NCBI GenBank assembly: GCA_951406725.2
Contig: OX597818.1
Span: forward strand, 85,436,001 to 85,500,000
Reading direction: 5' to 3'
DNA from: Octopus vulgaris
Taxonomy: Eukaryota
DNA length: 64,000 nucleotides
Below the pieces are notes generated by a model. That model was not told where the DNA came from, did not search any database, and saw nothing but the letters and a program-made list of their open reading frames with translations. Position numbers and translations under genes: made by a program. Of this stretch, positions 52,627 through 64,000 are shown one piece after another (positions within the stretch are counted from its first letter, which is position 1; the number at the start of each line of letters is the position of its first letter).

Positions 52627-53687
52627 TCCTCTCTACTAAAGGCACAAGGCCAGGAATTCGGGCGAAGGGGGTTTGTCGATTATATCAACCCCCAGTACTC
52701 AACTGGTACTTATTTTATTGATTCCAAAAGGATGAAAGGCAAAGTTGAACCCAGCAGAATTTGAACTCTGAACATAAAGATAGATGAACTGCTGTTAAGC
52801 ATTTTGTCCAGCATGCTAATAACTCTGCCAGCTTGACACCTTAATAATAATAATGATAATAATATTAATGAAAATAATAATGATTTTACTTGTTACAAGG
52901 ACATAGATGGTGGGTATATTACAAAGACCATTCACACTTTGTGAAAGAGTTTACATAAAAACGATGAAGGGAAAGAAATGGGAAAGAGTGAAATGAAATG
53001 AAAGTACACTTTGTATACAAAGTATGTGGACATATGAACAATGCGGTTTTCCTGATGCAGGAAAACCTCCATCTAGTACCAATCAAGGAACCCTACAGAT
53101 CCAAGATTACCCTCCCCACCAAAGGCATGGGCCCTCTCCCTACTGTTGCTTTCCAATCTATAGTCCATTCACCCTAGCCATTTTTGTAATAATCAACTCC
53201 CTTTTTAAAAATTCACTAGGAGAGGGCACTAACCTTTTCAAAGTAGAATTTGGTTCCAAGTGGTTGAGACTGGGTGCAGCTTGTATAAATTAATGCAAAA
53301 CATAATGATAATAATAATAATAATAATAATAATAAAATTATAATACTTTCTACTATAGGTACAAGAACTGAAATTGGGGAAAAGGGGCTAGTTGATTACA
53401 TCAACTACAATGTTCAATTGTTACTTATTTCGTTGGTCCTGAAAGGATGAAAGCACAGTTTGAACTGTGAACATAAAAGAGTAAAAAAAAAATTGCCACC
53501 AAGCATTTTGTTTGGTGTGGTAGCAATTCTGCTAGTTTACCACCTAAATAATAAGAATAATAATAATTTTGGCACAGGTCAAGCAAGTTTGGGGGAGGGG
53601 ACAAATTTATTACATCAACTCAGTACTCATCTGGTACTTATTTTATCAACCCCAAAAGGATGACAGGCAAAATTAACCTTAGTGAGA
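52627..53687 (-). mobile_element. SINE-B cluster (52627-52842, 53346-53545, 53570-53687) in (aat)n, with an unclassified possible LINE 3' fragment at ~52885-53190
   Basis: Same SINE-B blocks as 23978-24643; the intervening piece is not securely classified. Confidence 0.75.
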
Positions 53688-54011
53688 TAATAATAATACC
53701 AATAATATTCTCAATTGCATGGTAATATCTTCAGATGCAAAATCTCGTTATCCTTTGTTGGCTCTAGTGGAGACTTGGGTGCCACTTGCATAAAATAAAC
53801 CAAAACAATAACAAAATAATAATGATGATGATGATGATGATGATGGTGGTTCTATGGTTCTAATAACATCAAGTTCATGAGTTGCCAGATTTGAAACTTG
53901 GTCCATTACTCATACAAATGAATTTTCAGTTAAAGCACTTGGGAGAAAGAAAAGTTGAGGTTGTGAGAGAAACGCCAGTTGTATGATCAGTGTACTTAAT
54001 GTTCAAGAAAG

Positions 54012-54052
<41 letters not shown>

Positions 54053-54179
54053 CATTTGTTTAGTTTAAACTTAGTATACTCAATCACTGCAAGCATTTTG
54101 ACATATGGAAAATAATAAGGTAACCTGTGCTGATAAAGGCCACAGATAACCCACCTAAATGAATTTTTAGATGAAAGCT

Positions 54180-54210
<31 letters not shown>

Positions 54211-55380
54211 CTGGAGTGATAACCTGCCACACAGGTGGGAAAGAGAGTAAACACAAATTTTGTTTATTCAGTTTTACCTCCTGCATTGCAGCCAGAAACA
54301 CTACTTTTGGTGATCAGTTATTTTTGCACATTATCTTATAAAGGAAGACAGAAAGCAAATATACAGTATCTGGCAATTAAGGAAAATCCTTAAAAATTAT
54401 ATATGTATATACATATACATGTGCATGCATGTGCACACACACACACATATACACAGATGGGAAAAGAGAAGGCATGAAGGTAATTTGAAGTGGTCGGATT
54501 TATAAAATTTGTCTCTTATGTCACCAGAGGTGGAGAAGAAGGTGCCTTGAGTAGAATTCTCCTGGTACTCGAGTATGAGACTGTCTCCATGATGCTATAT
54601 AGAGTGCAATGTTTAGTTACAAGTTATCATGCTTAAATAGCAGAGGTGAGAAGGTGGTAGGTACATTATATTAGAGCAATTGACAGCTTTATCATGGTAA
54701 CAGTCTAAATTTTGAGTAATATGCTATTTTCAAATCTGCTAGAAAGTTAATTTGTTGTAAGTGACATTTAAAATATATATGACGACAATATTATATAAAT
54801 TGAAAATATATATAATAACATATATATTTATATCTATGTATGTTCACTTCGCCGTTTTTGTCTATATTTCACTGCAAATGCTTTAAACTTGCTGGGCAAT
54901 ATACTATTTTAAATTCTACTTGAAAGCTAACTTGTTATAGCTGACATTTCAAATCCTTCTTATTATAATAATATTTCATGTGTGTGTGTATATGTTGTGA
55001 TGACATGGCTGTTGCATTATGTATTCATTTGGCACACTCCACTACTAAACATAGTCTACACATGTAAACATAGTAAAAGATGGACAAACACAACACAAAA
55101 GAATATGTAGCTTGTACAGATACATTAAACACACATTTGTATATGCATACACAGAAGCAGTCACATCTTCATTGTCATTATCTTCCTCGTTTTAATGTCG
55201 ACATTCCATGCTTGTATGGGTCAGGCAGAGTTCATTTAGGTAGATTTGCGACAGCCAAAATGCTCTTCCTGTCACCAACCCTCACCTGTTTCCAAGCAAG
55301 GTAATATTTCCCCTGACCTGACATGCTTTTCACAAAATACTATAGGTAAAACACACACAACATGCTTTTTTTCTATTTCT

Positions 55381-55610
55381 TATTTCTTTACTGCCCACAA
55401 GGGGCTACACACAGAGGGGACAAACAAGGACAGACACACGGATTAAGTTGATTATATCAACTCCAGTGCATAACTGGTACTTAATTTATTGACCCCGAAA
55501 GGATGAAAGGCAAAGTCGACCTCGGCGGAATTTGAACTCAGAACGTAGCGGCAGACGAAATACCGCTAAGCATTTCGACTAGAGTACTAACGTTTCTGCC
55601 AGCTTGCCGC
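55381..55610 (-). mobile_element. Young SINE-B with a long TSD
   Basis: CpGs intact (gaccccgaaaggatgaaaggcaaagtcgacctcggcggaatttgaactc); flanked by identical tttttttctatttct at 55366-55380 and 55611-55625. Confidence 0.92.
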
Positions 55611-56144
55611 TTTTTTTCTATTTCTGTCTACAAAATCAACTCTCAAGGCTTTGGTTGTCCTAGGGTTATATTGTAGAAGATCAAGTAAGTGTTAGGCATG
55701 ATTTAGAAGCTTACTTCTTAGTTATACAACAGAGCCTGGTTAACAAGTACAGCATATTTATGGAATCAATTAATGTGCAACTTGTATTCTACATTGGATC
55801 AAAAACAATGTCTATATTAGCAGAGCACTATAATTTGCTCGAAGCATTGTGATTGCCTATTTGGCCATCCAAAGAGCAGGATCTACATAAACTCGCACTT
55901 CTTAACCCTGTTCTTTCTTCTTCTAGTGGGCTTTTGTGCCTGAAATATATGAAGGTTTTTTTTTTTAACTCTCCTCTTTGCATTGTAAGAAGTTCTCCAC
56001 CTTCCTTCTTTGTTATTCTACCAAAGTTTACACCTCTATTTGTGTGGTACAGTGTTTGATAAGGCTGTACTTTTTAAAATTATAGGTACAATCCACTGCA
56101 TGGATTTCCTCTAAGGCTTTTTATCCACCCAGTCCCAGTTTGCT

Positions 56145-56188
<44 letters not shown>

Positions 56189-56584
56189 CGTGCATATGTA
56201 TTTTACTTCTCACATAAAGACAAAGAAGGTGTGGTTGAACAATGTTGAGGTGGATAGATGAGTGTATATTGAGGTCATAAGAAGAAAGACCAGGAGGTGG
56301 GGGATGATTATTTATTGTTGTTGTTTAATTGTATCTTGATGACCTCTGTCACCTTGTTTCATAAGTTAGTATTTTTTGTGGAGTGGTAGGGAAACAATGT
56401 TCTTCTGTCTATATGACTACATTGAGGATCTTTGTCACCATACACTATCACCTCCCCAAGTTTGTGGTATTTGTGGTACTACCTACCCTGCTTTTACTGT
56501 GAAGTAATAGATACGAAGGTGTCAAAAGACATATAGATAATAGGTACATACAATGGGTACTCAGATCAAACCTAATGTCTAAAC

Positions 56585-56948
56585 CAGCCATGGGCAAAAT
56601 GCGGATCGCAGAGATTCTGCCTATCAAAAACATTCTCGCATTTTTTTCTAGTGTGGTCCATCTGATTATGAGCCTTGTCTCATGTAGCCTGCTTCTCAAA
56701 AGAAGGTGCCCATGTCAGGCTTAACTCTATAGCATTAAGATTATTCTGCCAAATGTAATGCTTATTTATTCATATTATTTCGAATTAATCAGGCATTATC
56801 TTGTAGCTTTGAGACTTTGATGATGAGAGAGTTTATTTTTAGAATGACATTATAGGGTAGATGACAGCAGCCAAATCTAGCCAGTTTGAACATAAAAGAG
56901 GTAGAATATTTTGACTGGATATGGCTAGTTTGAATGCTAAAGGGTCAA
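56585..56948. mobile_element. Small hAT-like MITE (56585-56718) followed by piggyBac-like MITE-1 (56721-56948)
   Basis: cagccatgggca / tgcccatgtcag termini; MITE-1 runs ttaactctatagcatt...aatgctaaagggtcaa. Confidence 0.62.
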
Positions 56949-57157
56949 ACTGTTAATTACTGGGATGCAGGATTTACACACATTAAAGTTGGTTGTAGGC
57001 AGTGGTTGAGCTGATATAGTAGATATAATGAAATAAAGTATAGACAGGCATCAAAGTATCAATTCAATTTATATCATATTTAAATGACATATTGAAAAGA
57101 AATGTATACTCACTATGAATATTTACCTTCTGGATCTTTCCTACTTTATTATATCTA

Positions 57158-57582
57158 TCATCATCATCGTTTTAATGTTCATCTTTTCATGCTTGTATGG
57201 GTTCAACAATTGTTTAAGGCAGATTTTCTAGAGTTGGATACCTTCCCTGTTACTAACACTTAACTTGTTCTCAAGTAAGCTAATATTTTCCCCATGATCA
57301 GACAAGTTTCCATAAAAGACTGGAAATGAAGGTCACTGCTTGCAATATGGTAACACTTATTTACAACGGTTACACGGTGTCCAGGCAAGGAGACAGTAAC
57401 ACACAGACAGGTGTGTGTGTGTGTACAATGGACTTTTTTCACTTAGTTTACCAATTCCACTCACAAGGTTTTCTTCAGCTTGAGGCCGTAATAGAAGGTA
57501 CTTGCTCCAGCTGCCACACAGCGAGACTGAGTCCAGTACTATGTGGTTGGAAAGCAAACTTCTTACCTCACAGCCACACCTA
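57158..57582 (-). mobile_element. Hybrid SINE: SINE-A head, microsatellite, RTE-like tail
   Basis: Head 57430-57582; 57158-57395 ends in the RTE-type catcatcgttttaatg...catgcttg.atggg tail and contains ggataccttccctgt. Confidence 0.65.
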
Positions 57583-57703
57583 TCTGAGTGAATATGCATG
57601 TGTCTAAATATGCAGTTTTCTCATCTCTCCAAAGAAGACTTTTTTCTTGAGGTAGTAATAGGCATGGATAGCAGAATTGCTAGTAGCTCATCATATACAT
57701 ACA

Positions 57704-57739
<36 letters not shown>

Positions 57740-58186
57740 TGTATATGCATGTATGTATGATCTATGTATATGTTAATGTTTGTTTTTATGTTCAGTTATA
57801 ATAAAAACAATTTTACATTAATCTGATGGGTTACTCTATACTTTTGTAGAGTGCAAATTTATTATCATTGTTGTATTTCGGCATGGTTTTATTTTTGCCA
57901 AATAAACATACACACTATATATTTGTTCTTCACTTGTTTATTACTGTTCTTTTTTTTTTTAACTCATGTCCATTGTCCAGAAATCTTTTGTTTTAATCTG
58001 TGACCTCTTAAGCAACACTTTTCATTTTCACATGTGCTCTTGCTTCACTTACTCCATTCAGTTCTATATATAATGCATGTGTTTATTTGGCAAAAAAAGA
58101 AAATAACCGTCCCAAAATACAACAATATCTGTTGCAATACACGATTTCACATCAGGAATTTTGCAACCCAAATTGATAAACGTAAA

Positions 58187-58328
58187 ATTTATTATTCTTA
58201 TACAAGAATGTTGTTGACAGTGACTTCAAAGTTTCCACGAGCTAAGTTATCAGACTGTCCAATGGTGGCCTTAGCTAGCCAAAACTTCTAAGTCACTGTA
58301 ACAACATTCTTGAATAAGAATGATAAAT
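58187..58328. repeat. ~142-nt imperfect fold-back (hairpin) sequence
   Basis: attcttatacaagaatgttgttgacagtgactt pairs with aagtcactgtaacaacattcttgaataagaat; inner aagttt/aaactt and agctaag/cttagct also pair. Confidence 0.88.
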
Positions 58329-58332
58329 AAAT

Positions 58333-58377
<45 letters not shown>

Positions 58378-58379
<2 letters not shown>

Positions 58380-58515
58380 ATGTGCTTCTTTCAGTTTCTA
58401 TCTTTCAAATATAATCCAAAAGCTCTGGTTGGCTATAGTTGAAGATGCCCAAGGTTGCATACGGTAGGACTAAACCTGAAACCATGTAGTTGGAAACCAA
58501 ACTTCTTAACCATGC
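58378..58515 (-). mobile_element. SINE-A 5' half, degenerate
   Basis: gcttctttcagtttct...gcccaagg...accatgtagttggaaac. Confidence 0.72.
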
Positions 58516-59971
58516 ATTTATATATAGACAAAGAAAGCCTGTTATTTTTTGCTCATTTCATTTATTTGAAATGTTTGCTTTAAGTTCATCTTTCTTCTTT
58601 CCATCTTTCTCTTTTTTCTCTCCTACTCCCCTCCATTTCTTTACATTCACTAATCTTATTTGTTATTCTTTACATTGTTACACATACATACATACACATT
58701 CATAGTGTTCAAACCCATACACACACACACACATACACACAGAATCTCATGAATTAGAGAAACGTTATAAAATTAACGAGAATTCTTACAAGTAATAAAT
58801 TGTATTTGAAGTAATTAGAAAGTGAAGAGCATCATGGGAAATCGGCTAAATCAAGCTGAACCATTCCTCGTCTGAGTGTCTCTGTCACAGATTATCAAAC
58901 TGCCGTATATCTCATTCTAAACCTTTCTAAGACCTTCAATAGATATATTGATGATATCAATGTTAGATTTATATTCTGGAGTCATTAATCTGCTGTGAAT
59001 ATAAATACACAGTCAATCTTGGCAGTCATACTTGATACAGCTATACAGTATCCATATTTGATACAGCTAACTATACATCTTACATAAAATAATGATCGAT
59101 TGAGACTCAAGTCACATCTATTGACTACAGATTTGCTCAATATATCAAAATACATTTATTCACTCATGCATGTCCTTACATTGTGCAACCAAACTGTTGC
59201 TGCATCTACCAAAAAGAGCTGGATAGAATAAATCCTCCTGTTCTTGGATCAAAACTCAACTATCATCCATCTGTTTTTGTATGAATTTCTTTTTATCCAT
59301 AACAGAAATGGATCAATTCTCATTCCTCTTTTTCTTTCATTCATATTTTTTGTTTCTCTTTCGCCTGCTTTCTCAGCACAACAAAGATTGTTTGTGGAAT
59401 AATAAAATCTATGGATGTGTGTGTGTATGTGTGTGTGAAGTTTCAAGCTACCAGCCAATTAGAAAATTGTGAATCTTCAATTGGATCAAATGTACTTTTA
59501 AGATAATGATTAATTGTGTAGTAAACTGTCAATGTTATATAGAAATCACTCATACATCAAAGTTAGTGTCAGCAGCAGCAGCATTATTAACATTAATCTC
59601 AGCGTCATCATTTCCATTATTATCTTCATCATCAATGTTTCCCCGTCATCATCACCAATACCATCAACAATTTTTAACACATCTCTGTTTTATGTGACAA
59701 AGCTTGGGGAAATTATGTATATTTTTATCTATTTAGGTACAATAGATGGAGAGTTTCTTTCTTTCTGTGGGTTGGGTAAATGGAAAGTTTATTACGTTTA
59801 TGGTTTTCTCAAAAGAATTAATGGCATCAGTGAAGTGAATTGGTTTCATCCTGATGGTTGGAAATCGGGTCACGGTTTTGGTTCATCTAGAATCTACCTC
59901 ATGCTTGATAATTATGAAATTATTGCAAATGATCACTCACTCTTTCTCCCTCAGTGCGCACACACAAACAA

Positions 59972-60008
<37 letters not shown>

Positions 60009-60279
60009 CAACCACACCTGTGCATGCATACATACATTCACACATAATGTTCTTCCTTTACTGAACCACAATGAAAATTATGAAATTATGTCAATTGTTT
60101 TCCAAATGATTTCAACTCCTAATCTTTACCTAATTGTCTAAAACACACACTTACACACACACAAACAAGTGTGTATGTGTGTATAAATATTGGTTGTAAT
60201 GAAATAGTTGGTTTAGGTCAGTATATTTATGACTTTATTTTTACATTGTATTTATTGTTTATTTTATATTTAATTTCAG

Positions 60280-60380
60280 CTCAGCAAGGTACGTGTGGAA
60301 GATTGCAGTCGCTATACAAGCTGCAGTGATTGCATTGGAGTCAAAGATCCTTACTGTGGCTGGTGTACTTTAGAAAACAA
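60280..60380 (+). CDS. PlexA: Internal coding exon of a plexin (Plexin-A-like), N-terminal part of PSI domain 1
   Basis: Acceptor ttttatatttaatttcAG (AG 60278-60279) and donor GTAAGA at 60381. The 101-nt exon (phase 0 to 2) is open and reads LSKVRVEDCSRYTSCSDCIGVKDPYCGWCTLEN-K, matching the PSI signature C-x5-C-x2-C-x4-DPxCGWC. The K-V-x-V lead-in and CGWC-x-LENK end resemble invertebrate Plexin-A. Class A versus other plexins is less certain than the PSI call. Confidence 0.9.
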
Positions 60381-60977
60381 GTAAGAACCAAATTTTCTTT
60401 GTTCCTCTTCATTGGCTTCATAGTTTGTGTGTGAAGATTTCAGTCATATTACTGTCTTTGGTTACAAGTATTATGCCACATGAATTAGAGAAGGTGTTTA
60501 ATGAGTGTTGGGCATTTTGATGAGAGCTCTGTTTAAATAATTGTGTGTGTGTGTGTATAGTTAAAAGACTGGACAGTGGCACTTCAATCTGTGCTGCACA
60601 TTAACAAATTAATATAAAATTCTCTTCAGAATATTTTACTATCCAGTCGCATGTCAGAAGCTACCAAATCTTGATCAATATGATCCCAAGCAGTGGATGC
60701 ATTATAATATCTGTAATTTTTGGAGGGCTAGGCGGGGAAGCAGCAGGAAGAGTATAGTGAAATTGGCACAGGGTTTGGGGTATCCATCATTTCAGATATT
60801 CCACTCTCCACAGCAGTTTCATTTTACTCTTTCTGTTACTTCTTTAAATAATATTCTATTTGTATTATAAGGATTAGCAGTTTTTTTTTACATTTCTTAG
60901 TTCAAATCCCTCCAAAGGCAATTTTTTTTTCTTTCCTTTTGTGCTCTAAGAAATATGAACAATTTAAAGTTAGTTAT

Positions 60978-61620
60978 AGGTGCAAATATAGTTGTATGGT
61001 TAAGAAGCTTGTTTTGCAATCATGTGGTTTCAGGTTCAGTCCTACTACACAGCACCTTGGGCTACTGTCTTGTATTATGTCCTCAATCCAACCAATGACC
61101 TGTGAGAAAATTTGGAAAATGGAAACTCTGTAGAAGCCTGTTGTATACATACATGTCTGTGTTGTTCTCCCCTACCACTATTTGCCCACTGGTGCTCATT
61201 TACTTATATCCCTGTAACTTAACAGGTCAGCAAAAGGTACAGATAGAATATGTGCTAGATTTAGAAAATAAAAACTGGGTCAGTTTGTTCCACTAAACTG
61301 GTGGTTCTCAACCAGGGTCCATATGACCCTTGGGGGTCCATGTAAGATTTTGTTCTTAAAATTTATGTATGACGAATTGATTTTACTTCTATGATATACA
61401 AAATATTTTAGCAATATCTTTTTTTATACAGTTTCTAATAATATTCAAATATAAAAATATAACTGGAATTTTAAACATGAAATAGTTATCAGGGTCCATC
61501 TGAGTAAAATAGGAATCAAATGGGTACAAAGGCAAAAATGGTTGAGAAACTCTGAACTAAACCCTTCAAGGTTGTGTCCCAGCATGGCTACCATTCTATG
61601 ATTGAAGCCAGTAAAAGATC
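60978..61620 (+). mobile_element. SINE-A interrupted by a hAT-type MITE (61299-61554)
   Basis: MITE TIRs tggtggttctcaacc / ggttgagaaactctg; TSD cactaaac / aactaaac; SINE resumes ccttcaaggttgtgtcccagcatggc. Confidence 0.85.
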
Positions 61621-62014
61621 AAGGACGTAACCTTGGGCCAAAATGTATTATGATGACCTTGTGTTATTGTTAGAAATATTCTTCTGTCTGAAATACTCTA
61701 TAAACTATAATGTATTCTGGTGCTAATAGTGATGTATATGTATTGTAATACTAGTTGTAATGCAGACAGAAAATTGGGTCAGAAATTAAGGAAAACAGAA
61801 GAGACCTTATTTCCTGCCACAAAAGTATTGGCTATAGGAGACAAGGTCATAGAGGTCATTGTCATAGAAATGAATAACAAGAAAGTAGTCTCCACTTTCC
61901 TCTAATCTTAATAGCCACCCATCTCCTATGCACCTCTACATATTTCAACCACACCTTTTTCATTGTCTTTATGTGACAAGTAAAATATGTGTTTGTATCT
62001 CTCTCTCTCTTTCT

Positions 62015-63094
<1,080 letters not shown>

Positions 63095-63699
63095 ATGTAT
63101 ATTTATATATAGATATTCACACACATTTATGTGCACATGCATGCATATGTGTGTATATAGACACACATGCATGATTACATGCTCATTCATTTTTTATCTT
63201 TCCTTTATGTTTTACTTGTTTCAGTCATTAGACTGTGGCCATGCTAGGGGACCAGGTCATAGGAGTGAAACAGGGTGTATCTCTTTCGTCTGTTTTAGTC
63301 ATTGGATTTCGACCATGCTGAGACTGTCACCTTGAAAAACTTTAAATAAATGGATCCCAGCTTTCATACTTCCGTTTTCCTTTTTTTTTTTTTTAAGTTT
63401 GATACTTAGCGAAGCCAGTAACTTAAAGGCTATAAACAAACTAATGACAGTTGTCAAGCAGTGGTGGTGGGGGTGACTCAAAGACACACACTTACTGAAT
63501 GTCTATTTTCCATGCTGGCATGGGCTGGACAGCTTGGCATGCACGTGCACACACATACACATGTATATATGTATGTATATGTGCTCAGAGCCCAAAGATT
63601 GTTTGAAGACACAGGGCAGTTTATGAAAACCTTCATAACCACATGTCTCAATGGCAAGAAACTATTAGTAGCTGTTATTTTAATACAGGGTACATTGAA

Positions 63700-63985
63700 T
63701 GATATATGCACATGTCTATGTGCATATATATATATGTATATTGTCTATTTGTGTGTCTGTATGTACATTGTAAGTATATATACATATATATATGCATGTG
63801 TGTGTACATGTATGTATATATGTGTGTGTGTATATATATGTGTATGCATATTATGTGAATGTATGTGTGTATATATATGTGAGTGTATATGCATATATAT
63901 GTGTATATATGTATGTATACATATGTATATATTTATAGGTGTGTGTGTGTGTGTGTATTATATTTTTGGATATACTTGTACATAT
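63700..63985. repeat. Degenerate (ta)/(tg) microsatellite
   Basis: Read directly. Confidence 0.9.
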
Positions 63986-64000
63986 TGTTCATAAGTAGCT

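Noticed and set aside
57822-57858. ctgatgg...stem...gcaaa as a third hammerhead-like motif
   Set aside because: A stem is present, but both catalytic boxes deviate too much to support the call.
59514-60047. 177-aa ORF just upstream of the plexin exon
   Set aside because: Partly low complexity, runs into (ca)n, and shows no Sema-domain similarity.

Overview
This is AT-rich, microsatellite-saturated eukaryotic DNA. Its tRNA-derived SINEs, RTE and CR1/L2-type LINE remnants, piggyBac/hAT/mariner MITEs and one Helentron-type element look like an octopus (coleoid cephalopod) genome; this is inferred from repeat content, not a database match. Only one host coding exon is supportable: 60280-60380 (+), 101 nt, AG/GT-bounded, encoding LSKVRVEDCSRYTSCSDCIGVKDPYCGWCTLEN(K), the start of the first PSI domain of a plexin, most like Plexin-A. 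The ORF track missed it. The ~60 kb upstream is therefore most likely part of one very long intron, and nearly all listed ORFs are simple-repeat artefacts. No new prokaryote-type system (CRISPR etc.) is present. Best leads: SINE/LINE partner pairs with tail swapping across an internal microsatellite, a 26-bp stem-loop array in an RTE 3' UTR, two long fold-back hairpins, degenerate hammerhead-like motifs, candidate recursive splice points, a strong cryptic donor inside the exon, and inverted SINEs bracketing the exon. Repeat boundaries were read by eye and are approximate (about +/-10-20 bp) unless a TSD or splice site is given. Family names SINE-A/B/C and MITE-1/2 are local labels.
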